Assembly (NCBI RefSeq): GCF_018398935.1
Contig: NZ_CP074694.1
Coordinates: 1,140,001-1,172,000 of the forward strand
DNA length: 32,000 nucleotides
Direction of reading: 5' to 3'
Source of the DNA: Telmatocola sphagniphila
GTDB lineage: Bacteria > Planctomycetota > Planctomycetia > Gemmatales > Gemmataceae
The position numbers were made by a program, and so were the translations under genes. The first letter of the stretch is position 1. Every line of letters begins with the position of its first letter. The notes beneath the pieces are model-generated. The model had not been told where the DNA came from and did not search any database. It worked only from the letters and a program-made list of their open reading frames with translations. Shown piece by piece: positions 15,663-22,952 of the stretch.

Positions 15663-16829
15663 TTATCTTCCGGGAATTCGAAAAGGCAGAGGCTGAGTTT
15701 TGAAATCCCGGCTTCCGTTCTGATCGGTCGCACCACCAAAGGTCTGCAATTGCGTGCTCATGATTGTTTTTTTTGCAGCGTTGATGGCCGCGTCGTTATC
15801 CGAATCAAACTCCCCGAGGCAGACGTAACTGCCTTTCAGTGTGTGAAATACGAATGGCCTGAGACCTATTTTAACGCGGGGATCACTGAGCACTCGGGCG
15901 AGTTCCTCGGCCTGGAGCGCACCATTTTCCAGAAGAGACTGCTTGGGGCTACTGCCGAAGATTTTTTCCATCACGGTAGGTTGCGGATCCGCAGTCTGCA
16001 AAACCGCCCCGCCGCTAAAACCTTTAACTACCAGGGTATAGTTCTTGCGACATTCGAAGACGTTGTACTTCTGGCCGTGGTTGATTTTTTTCCAAACTTC
16101 GATTTCCTCTTTTTCCGCTTGCAGCTTTTCGGCGGCATCATCGAAGGCGACGCTCGGATTGCGAACGACGAACGACTGTAGAAAAGGATTGAGCGGTTTC
16201 ATATCGCTTGCGCCTCGAAATGGCGTTGTAGGCACTTGCGACTGGATGGAATCCATAATTGGCGCCTTCGAAGCGCTTCCCACCACGATTTTATCGCACA
16301 GATAATCGGGAGGTGTTTTGATCTTGCGAACCTCATCCAGCCAGCGTCGCGCGGATTCCATGTCTTTCCAGGGCGAGCGAGCGGGGCCCAGGAGTACCAC
16401 ATACTCCACGTCAATATGCGTTCGCTTTACAGAAATTTTGTTGCCGTCCGGTTTGACGCCGAGCTTCCGGTACTCTTCCTGGAGTCGCTCTTTTTCCGCT
16501 TTAACCCGATTCTCCTCGGCTATCTTTTCCTTGAAGTTTCGAATCTCAATATAGGGATTAAATTTCGTGCTCGACTTAATGTAGTCAGCCAGATCCTCGG
16601 CCAGTTCCAAGCCGGATTTCTGAGAATCTTTCGGATCCTTATAGGATTTCACGATAATCAAAAAATTCCCCGCGTTGGGTACGAGCGGGTATTTGGCCTG
16701 CGGGGCCTGAGGCACCCCCACCGAAGTGATGCTGGGTAGGCCCGGATCGTTTCTGGTTTGCGCGAATGTGGCATTCTTCTGGCCAAATAAACTCGCCGCG
16801 CAAATTCCCCCGATAATCCATTTTCGCAT
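15663..16829 (-). CDS. Secreted hypothetical protein with two SPOR-like (beta-alpha-beta-beta-alpha) repeats; the domain call is tentative.
   Basis: It has an ATG with AAGGAG upstream and a signal peptide (MRKWIIGGICAASLFGQKNATFAQ). Repeat 1 is FLIIVKSYKD...GLELAEDLADYIKSS...YVVLLGPARSPWKDMESARRWLDEVRKI. Repeat 2 is YTLVVKGFSG...LQAEELARVLSD...SYVCLGEFDSDNDAAINAAKKTI. Both follow the SPOR secondary-structure and hydrophobicity pattern. This was not verified by a profile search. Confidence 0.65.
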   Translation of the reverse strand: MRKWIIGGICAASLFGQKNATFAQTRNDPGLPSITSVGVPQAPQAKYPLVPNAGNFLIIVKSYKDPKDSQKSGLELAEDLADYIKSSTKFNPYIEIRNFKEKIAEENRVKAEKERLQEEYRKLGVKPDGNKISVKRTHIDVEYVVLLGPARSPWKDMESARRWLDEVRKIKTPPDYLCDKIVVGSASKAPIMDSIQSQVPTTPFRGASDMKPLNPFLQSFVVRNPSVAFDDAAEKLQAEKEEIEVWKKINHGQKYNVFECRKNYTLVVKGFSGGAVLQTADPQPTVMEKIFGSSPKQSLLENGALQAEELARVLSDPRVKIGLRPFVFHTLKGSYVCLGEFDSDNDAAINAAKKTIMSTQLQTFGGATDQNGSRDFKTQPLPFRIPGR

Positions 16830-16973
16830 TATGGGAACTCCTTCCCCAAATAGCTGATGGTCCAGCGAAATTATTTAGTTGAATTCGTGTGGAATAACTG
16901 AAGTGTCGTGAGAAGGAAAGGGGAAAACGTCAATTCGCACTGGAATTTGGAGGGTCTGGGCAAACCCAGGAAA

Positions 16974-18368
16974 TCAGGGTTTGGACATACCCACAAAGCT
17001 GCCATCGTTTTCCCGGGAGAGGGCCCAGAGGAATGCCCCAACATCAGGACTTTCATAAAAGAAGCCGACCGAATTTATTCGCACTTTCTGACCTTGAGTA
17101 TCGGGTCGATTCCAATTGCGATTCATAGTTTGGCGAATGTGCTTGCCCAGAATGTCGCCGAGTTGGCTCTCCGATAGCACGGCCTGCTGCTGAGTTGGGC
17201 TCAAGCCCGGGCCGGCATTGGGTAACCCGTCGGAAAGCAAATAAATGGTATCCAGTCCTTTGCTGCGCATTCGAAATGCTGCTTCGAATGGTTCGTACAT
17301 ATTGGTTTCACCGAGTGGGCGTGTTCCCTTAACTGCTTCTTCTGCTTTGGTCTCGCTTTTTCCCGCTTCGTAATCGAGCCACTCGCCTGACTGACCCAAA
17401 GGGTAGACCAAACGATTGGAGAACATGATGATCTGGTATTTCTCCAAGTTGGGTAAGGATCGCATGATCTTTGCCACGGTACCGGCGACGATCGGCCATT
17501 TATGGGGAGCCACCGTATTTTCGTCGGTGCGTTCCATACTCCCGGACATATCGACCAGAAAAACGACCTTTCGCCCCGTGAGAGCAATGCCGGCAAACTT
17601 ATTGTCTTTTTCGATCTGCATCTTGTTCAATTTGTCGGCCAGCTTGGCTTTAGTTCCCTGCAAATCGATGAGCTGTACGGCGGCTTGATCGAGCTTTTTC
17701 TTCAACTCATCCACCGATGCGGAATTGTTGGCAGTCCTCAAGCGCATTTCTTTAATCTCGGCGGCGAGCTGGGCATTCATCCGTTCCAGCTCTTCCTGTC
17801 GGGATTTGGCGTCCAAGGTGTTGCGCGTCAGACTGGCCATCTCCGCGGTCTTTTTGGCGAGATCCTTTTCGAGAGAGGTGGATTTTTTCGCGAGGGTTTC
17901 GGCTTCTTCGCGTCGACTCTTGAGGAGAGCCTCCGCATCTTTCGCAGTTTTCTCTGCCAAAGCCAGATTGCGAGCATTTTTCTCGGCTACATCCTTCACC
18001 GTCGCGAGATTTTTCGCCTGATCCTCGAACTCCTTGCGGGCTAATGCCAGATTTTTTTCGGTTTCGTCCCTTTCTTTACGAACCAGAGCGAGTTGTGCGT
18101 TGGCTTCCGTCTTCTGCTCATTGGTAAGAGCGAGATTTTTTTGCAATTCTTCGATGTCCGCGGAAAGACGCATGGCTTCCACGTTGCGATCAAACAGGTT
18201 AAGCTGCGTTTCCAGCAATTCCGCTTGAACGGTCTGGGTTTGATCCCAGGCGAGGCTGGCGTCTCGGGTTTTCAGCAACCAGAGGAGGGTGACGCATCCT
18301 AAAGCACAGCAGAATACGTCGAGCATCCACATGCTGACGAATCCGGGAGCCTTGTGTTTGATTTTCAT
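16974..18368 (-). CDS. Membrane-anchored coiled-coil vWA-domain protein with an ExbD/TolR/MotB-like Asp-containing N-terminal TM helix.
   Basis: The N-terminus is MKIKHKAPGFVSMWMLDVFCCALGCVTLLWLL. It contains Asp17 followed by Val inside the TM segment, as in the ExbD/TolR 'DV' motif. Residues ~40-255 are heptad-rich, with KNLAL-type motifs at 77, 105, 119 and 133. The vWA domain has an intact MIDAS site (VVFLVDMSGSM ... IYLLSDGLPN). The ATG overlaps the TGA of the upstream gene (ATGA at 18365-18368). Confidence 0.85.
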   Translation of the reverse strand: MKIKHKAPGFVSMWMLDVFCCALGCVTLLWLLKTRDASLAWDQTQTVQAELLETQLNLFDRNVEAMRLSADIEELQKNLALTNEQKTEANAQLALVRKERDETEKNLALARKEFEDQAKNLATVKDVAEKNARNLALAEKTAKDAEALLKSRREEAETLAKKSTSLEKDLAKKTAEMASLTRNTLDAKSRQEELERMNAQLAAEIKEMRLRTANNSASVDELKKKLDQAAVQLIDLQGTKAKLADKLNKMQIEKDNKFAGIALTGRKVVFLVDMSGSMERTDENTVAPHKWPIVAGTVAKIMRSLPNLEKYQIIMFSNRLVYPLGQSGEWLDYEAGKSETKAEEAVKGTRPLGETNMYEPFEAAFRMRSKGLDTIYLLSDGLPNAGPGLSPTQQQAVLSESQLGDILGKHIRQTMNRNWNRPDTQGQKVRINSVGFFYESPDVGAFLWALSRENDGSFVGMSKP

Positions 18369-19576
18369 GAGGCGCTCCCGATAAGAGGTATCTTTTCTCG
18401 GATGCGGTCGGTAGGGCCGGGCGGAGGAGCCTGACTGGCCAGGCGAACGAGGGCACCTGCCACGGCATCGGCCGGTAAAATACGCACTCGAGTTTGCTCG
18501 GCCAGATTTTGATGAAGCCCCACGGCCAAACCCGGCAGACGACCAGCTTCAGCCCGTAGCCAGACTTCCGAAGGCATTTCCTCGGGAAGTGTACGTTGCA
18601 ACCAATCGACCAGCGTCGAGACACAGGGATTCGAAAGCGGCTTTGCCAGCAGTGTCAGGTCTTCTTCGCCCAGAATCAGATCCTGATACCAAGTTTCTGC
18701 CCGAACGGTGACGGTGACTTTGCGGCCGAAGCGAACCCCTTCGAGCATAGGTTCGATCTGATCGTAGAGCATTTGTTCGGAATCGGCAGAATCTCTAGGA
18801 TCGCGACGACAGATCCGGACGCAGCGATCCGAAAGTCCATTGATCAATCGTTCAATCCAGAAGCGCTCGCTGTATTTAGTGAGGTGGATCGAAGCGATCA
18901 GTTTGGCTTCATTGTGATCGACCCGGACGAGGCTTGCGGTCAAGGCATGATAGTCCGCCTGCAGAATCAGAACGACCGCGTTTTCAGTCGTCTTCCGTTT
19001 GGTTTGCTTCGAAGGGTGCCAGCTTCCAGTTTCCGGTTCATCGCTTGGCAGATCGGTTTGAAAGAGGGTATGCACCCGGTCTGCAACCAGTGCCAACTCG
19101 GGTAAGTAAAACGGATTGACTTCAATTTGATTTTTCGCGAACACCGATTGCAGCATTCGCGTCGACGCTTCCGAAAGATAGCTGGGTAGGGCCCAAAGAC
19201 CGGGCCGATTTCCCTGCAATCTTTGCTTGAAATCTATTACCCACACACTTAAGGCCGCTTCCGGATTAAGACGATGCCAGTCGCTCCGCCATTCGATCTT
19301 CTGCCCCAATTCCGCGAGTAAGTTCAGGCACATCAGATGCGGATTTTTTTTGCAAGTTTTCAGCGCGTTGCGACCGAATGTGATCCGTCGATTTCCCAGA
19401 CCCAACGCTAAAGGTAGACTCGGGTTTTGCTCCTCGAGAAAAGGGGTTTCCAGTTTTTCCCCTTTAATCCGACCGACCAGCAATCGACTGCCGGTCAAAT
19501 CGTAGCCATGCGGATTGTCCGTTCCGCCGGATAATTTCTCCGCACCATTCCGTCGACCCCAGTTGAATAACGCCAT
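18365..19576 (-). CDS. Hsp70 nucleotide-binding-domain-like (ASKHA/actin-fold) protein with degenerate ATP-binding motifs and no substrate-binding domain.
   Basis: By-eye colinear matches to the DnaK NBD are as follows. HGYDLTGSRLLVG matches IGIDLGTTNSCVA, and LWALPSYLSEASTRM matches AVITVPAYFNDAQRQ. NQIEVNPFYLPELALVA matches AGLEVKRIINEPTAAAL, and ERFWIERLINGL matches EDFDSRLINYL. VWLRAEAGRLPGL...ILPADAVAGALVRLA matches VILVGGQTRMP...VNPDEAVAIGAAVQG. I chose the ATG at 19576, because the track's start at 19726 overlaps the upstream gene. Confidence 0.75.
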   Translation of the reverse strand: MALFNWGRRNGAEKLSGGTDNPHGYDLTGSRLLVGRIKGEKLETPFLEEQNPSLPLALGLGNRRITFGRNALKTCKKNPHLMCLNLLAELGQKIEWRSDWHRLNPEAALSVWVIDFKQRLQGNRPGLWALPSYLSEASTRMLQSVFAKNQIEVNPFYLPELALVADRVHTLFQTDLPSDEPETGSWHPSKQTKRKTTENAVVLILQADYHALTASLVRVDHNEAKLIASIHLTKYSERFWIERLINGLSDRCVRICRRDPRDSADSEQMLYDQIEPMLEGVRFGRKVTVTVRAETWYQDLILGEEDLTLLAKPLSNPCVSTLVDWLQRTLPEEMPSEVWLRAEAGRLPGLAVGLHQNLAEQTRVRILPADAVAGALVRLASQAPPPGPTDRIREKIPLIGSAS

Positions 19577-19647
19577 GCTGGACTTCCGTGATGGAGTGAT
19601 CAGTTCAAATCGAATCGCTAACTTCCATAGGACATATCGTCTGCAAA

Positions 19648-20454
19648 TTACTCGACGCTCTCCGCGAGTTCGGGTTGCGGATCGTAAAGTCGCAATAACA
19701 GATGTTCTTGACAGTACTGCTGGCAATCGATCAAAAGTAACTCCTCCGCTCGCTGGACGACGTGAATGATGTACATGAGCACAACGCTCAGCGCCAGTGC
19801 CACAAAGGTACAGTCAAAGGCAATTCCCAGCTGATCAGTCACCTGTTTGATGAAATCGGGGTCGCGCTGGTTGCCTGCTTTACTCATTCCGCCGGCCAAG
19901 CCACGTACGGTTCCCAGGAAACCGATGGCCGGGATGGCCCAACTCAGATAGGACAGAATTCCCATGCTGGAAATCATGCGATTCTGTTCGACTTCGGTTT
20001 GAGTCCTTACCACCTCACCCACATCGGTGGCTTTTCGGCTAATTGAAAACTTGCTCAACCCCAGTTGAATCATCTTGGCAAGAATAAAAGGCTTTCCTCG
20101 AGTTATGGAATCGATGCGGCGCGAGAGCGGCCGGCCATCTTCGGGAAGCACTCTTACACCTTCCTCGGTGGGGAGCAGACCGAGAGAAAATGCCTGTCGT
20201 TGACGGAGGCATTCCTGGTAGCGCTGCAGGAGTAGCAGACCGGACCAGACGAAGCAGAGGTAGCAAAGTATTTGTTCTGGCCCCAGGAGCAACCTGGCCA
20301 CGCGTTCCTTGTTCCACTTGGCCCAATAGGCCGCCGTGCTTTCGGCGGGCTGGAAGTACTGCCAAAGTGGGATCGTTATGCCGCCTACAATGAGAATGGA
20401 TAAAAGAAACCACAGCCACTCTCTGTGGGGGCGTCGGGACTGCTTGACACTCAT
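19648..20454 (-). CDS. MotA/TolQ/ExbB-family proton-channel-like membrane protein.
   Basis: It has 4 predicted TM segments with a large loop between TM2 and TM3. The C-terminal signature SWAIPAIGFLGTVRGL...LGIAFDCTFVALALSVVLMY parallels TolQ/ExbB (PxxGLxGTVxG ... AExLxxTxxGL). I chose the ATG at 20454; the track's start at 20496 is a TTG. Confidence 0.8.
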   Translation of the reverse strand: MSVKQSRRPHREWLWFLLSILIVGGITIPLWQYFQPAESTAAYWAKWNKERVARLLLGPEQILCYLCFVWSGLLLLQRYQECLRQRQAFSLGLLPTEEGVRVLPEDGRPLSRRIDSITRGKPFILAKMIQLGLSKFSISRKATDVGEVVRTQTEVEQNRMISSMGILSYLSWAIPAIGFLGTVRGLAGGMSKAGNQRDPDFIKQVTDQLGIAFDCTFVALALSVVLMYIIHVVQRAEELLLIDCQQYCQEHLLLRLYDPQPELAESVE

Positions 20455-20737
20455 GAGGTCTAACTTCCTGTAAGCGACTACCTGCTTTGAAGGCAATAAT
20501 ACTTACGGTCTAATGACTCGTTGACCGTTATTCGTTTCGATCGGGTTCATATTTTGAAATCTCTACCATTGTCACCGAGCGGTCAAGTAAGTTCAAGCAT
20601 TCAATAGAACGAAATTGCATTTCCCGAGAAACGAAATGCTCCGCTTTCCGGCTCCTACCGATAGAGCTAGTCTGAATATTAGTTTAGAGTAGCATAACGA
20701 GAACTCTACCCTGCTTCACTCGTCGGAAAGACTTAAC

Positions 20738-22003
20738 ATGAAGCCATCTCTCCTGGTTTGTCTGCTCCTGCTACACGGAGCTTCCTCAGCCGCGCAAACT
20801 CCCCGATTCGAGATGCAGGAAATTACTCGAGATCTCTCGATCGGTTATGCCGTAATTGCCGCGGATATCAACGGCGACGGTAAACCGGATCTGGTGGTGG
20901 TCGACAAGCATCGCGTGATCTGGTTTGAAAACCCGACTTGGAAGATGCACACGATACTCACCGGCAAAACTCGGCCGGACAACGTCTGTATCGCCGCCTG
21001 GGATGTCGATGGGGATGGTAAAATCGATTTGATTCTCGGAGCCGATTGGGCTCCCTTCAATACGAAAAGTGGCGGGACTTTGCACTGGCTAAAACAGCCC
21101 AAAAATCTGAATCAAGAGTGGGAAATGTTCCCCATTTGCGAAGAGCCTACTGTTCATCGGGTGAAGGTGATACCCAATTTGTATCCCGGCCACAAACCTG
21201 GTATCGTGCTCGCACCTTTGATGGGCCGCGACTCCAGTCGGGAAGCAAACTGGATGGATGGCCGGCCAGTGAGATTATTATCTTTTCCAATTCCGAAAGA
21301 TCCGCAAAAAGGGCCCTGGAAAGCGGATGTGATCTCCGAAGAATTACACGTTGTTCACAATTTCGCGTTTGAGGAGGTTGCTCCGAACTCGCTGCGGATT
21401 GCCACCGCGAGCTATGAAGGAGTGAGTCTATTCACTCGCACCACTAAAGATGGATCTTGGGTCAAGCGAAATTTCAATCCCGGTAATCAAGCCAATCTCA
21501 AAAGTAATCGGGGCTCTAGCGAAATCGCCCTCTTTCTATTAAAAGGCGGCGACGGTGCGAATAGGGACGGCCGCGGCAAAGCGATAATCGCTACCATTGA
21601 GCCCTGGCATGGCAATCAAGTGGTCGTGTATCCGCCGACAGCGTCCTCCGCGACTCAGATTGAGAACTCCACGAAAAATCGACTCATTTTAGATGATCAT
21701 CTGCGCTGGGGGCATGCCGTGAAATTCGGTCATCTTCTAGGCGCGGATTCGCCGTTTCTTGTCGCAGGAGTTCGAGATAATCCGAACAAAGAGGACAAAT
21801 TTTCCGAGAAATGTGGCGTGAGAATTTATCAGCCTGAGGATGCGGCGGCTACGAAGTGGAGACGGACAATTCTCGATGAAGGCGGGATCGCGGTGGAAGA
21901 TTTGATTGTGGCCGACCTCGATGGCGATGGTCGGCCGGAAATCATCGCAGTGGGCCGAGCCACCAAGAATATGCGGATCTATTGGAATAAGACCGGAAAA
22001 TAA
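20738..22003 (+). CDS. Secreted FG-GAP/VCBS-repeat (beta-propeller) protein.
   Basis: It has a signal peptide (MKPSLLVCLLLLHGASSAAQ). It also has repeated Ca-binding-loop motifs: DINGDGKPDLVVVD, WDVDGDGKIDLILG and ADLDGDGRPEIIAVG. Confidence 0.85.
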   Translation: MKPSLLVCLLLLHGASSAAQTPRFEMQEITRDLSIGYAVIAADINGDGKPDLVVVDKHRVIWFENPTWKMHTILTGKTRPDNVCIAAWDVDGDGKIDLILGADWAPFNTKSGGTLHWLKQPKNLNQEWEMFPICEEPTVHRVKVIPNLYPGHKPGIVLAPLMGRDSSREANWMDGRPVRLLSFPIPKDPQKGPWKADVISEELHVVHNFAFEEVAPNSLRIATASYEGVSLFTRTTKDGSWVKRNFNPGNQANLKSNRGSSEIALFLLKGGDGANRDGRGKAIIATIEPWHGNQVVVYPPTASSATQIENSTKNRLILDDHLRWGHAVKFGHLLGADSPFLVAGVRDNPNKEDKFSEKCGVRIYQPEDAAATKWRRTILDEGGIAVEDLIVADLDGDGRPEIIAVGRATKNMRIYWNKTGK

Positions 22004-22006
22004 TTC

Positions 22007-22924
22007 TTATTTTTGTGCTCGGATTTCTTTTTCGAGTGCGGCCGCCTGCTTCATGACTTCAGCAGGCACTTCACTCTTTGGATTCATAGTCACATTTCTC
22101 CAGGCATCCGCCATCAGCTTGGATCTCTTCTGAACGAGTTTGAACCAGTCTTTTCGATCCTTTTCAACGGTATTGAGAAAGGAATCGATGCCCTCGACAT
22201 CGTTGGGAAAGAAAGATTTCAAAATCACACGAGCGGCTTCCCGATGACCTTCGAAATTCGGATGCACCCCATCCCCAGCCACCGTGTAATCAGGTTTCAT
22301 CTTCCTCCTCTCCGCGACGTAATCCTTGAGGGCCTTGTGAATATCGACTACCTTGCGGGAATCGGACTGCTGACTCAAAATGTAATCGGCATATTTTTGA
22401 AGAACTTCGTCATCGTACTTTTCATAAAAGCGACCGTAGCCGATATTCTGGGCATCTTTTTTCACCAGTTTTTGAGCCACCGGAACGGGATCGAACGGGA
22501 AGGGGGTAAGCAGAACCACTTTGGAACCTGCCTTTTCACAGCGATCGACCACACCTTCCATAAGGCCTTTGCGATAGGCTTCGAATCGCTTCACATCGTA
22601 AGGCTGGTAGATTCCGTCGTTCATGCCGTAACAGATCGAAACGGTGTCCGGCTTGAGAAGTTCCAGGGCTCGAGCCAGCCGATTGTTCACATTAGGTCGC
22701 GGTTGGGGATTTTCGGATAAGCCGCAAACGGTTTCACTAGATAAGCCAATATTGATAAGTTCGAATTCGAGATTCGGCTGTTTTGCGAATAGATAGGCAT
22801 CGATGAAATAAACGTAGCCCGCCGCTTGAGTAATGCTGTCGCCTACGAAAACGACTCTCTTTCGATCTGCCGCATGGCCTACGGACGTTAGAAAGATCAA
22901 TGCCAGACTGAAAAACCAACGCAT
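22007..22924 (-). CDS. Secreted SGNH/GDSL-family hydrolase (esterase/lipase-like).
   Basis: It has a signal peptide (MRWFFSLALIFLTSVGHA). SGNH blocks are present: VVFVGDSITQ (block I), YGMNDG (block III) and GDGVHPNFEGH (block V, DxxH). I chose the ATG at 22924, which has GGAG upstream, because the track's start at 23086 overlaps the upstream gene. Confidence 0.85.
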   Translation of the reverse strand: MRWFFSLALIFLTSVGHAADRKRVVFVGDSITQAAGYVYFIDAYLFAKQPNLEFELINIGLSSETVCGLSENPQPRPNVNNRLARALELLKPDTVSICYGMNDGIYQPYDVKRFEAYRKGLMEGVVDRCEKAGSKVVLLTPFPFDPVPVAQKLVKKDAQNIGYGRFYEKYDDEVLQKYADYILSQQSDSRKVVDIHKALKDYVAERRKMKPDYTVAGDGVHPNFEGHREAARVILKSFFPNDVEGIDSFLNTVEKDRKDWFKLVQKRSKLMADAWRNVTMNPKSEVPAEVMKQAAALEKEIRAQK

Positions 22925-22952
22925 AGGTGTCTCCGGTTGGAAAATCTTCGAA

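Noticed and set aside
16961-16983. A 7-bp hairpin (CAAACCC-N9-GGGTTTG) spanning the stop codon of the vWA gene.
   Set aside because: It has no U-tract and overlaps coding sequence. It cannot be distinguished from chance pairing, so I did not call it a terminator separating the vWA and SPOR-like genes.
19577-19726. Long 5' extensions of ORF-track entries: 19726 for the Hsp70-like gene, 23086 for the SGNH gene, 26165 for Gfo/Idh/MocA, 3429 for ccoP, 13938 for actB and 20496 for the motA-like gene.
   Set aside because: The extensions either overlap the preceding gene or start at TTG. Internal ATG codons have SD-like GGAG/GGAAGG motifs or form ATGA stop/start overlaps. The extended N-termini are basic and low-complexity and would bury the signal peptides.
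16974-20454. The possibility that the MotA-like cluster is a Zorya-type anti-phage system.
   Set aside because: The MotA-like protein is short (~268 aa) and has no long ZorA-type cytoplasmic tail. The B-like protein lacks a PG-binding domain. No ZorC/D/E-type nuclease, helicase or HNH gene is nearby. The flanks are housekeeping genes rather than a defence island.
22001-22009. The convergent FG-GAP and SGNH genes have stop codons only 3 bp apart, leaving no room for terminators.
   Set aside because: This is a real observation, but tight convergent junctions are common in compact genomes. I saw no structure or motif suggesting regulation.
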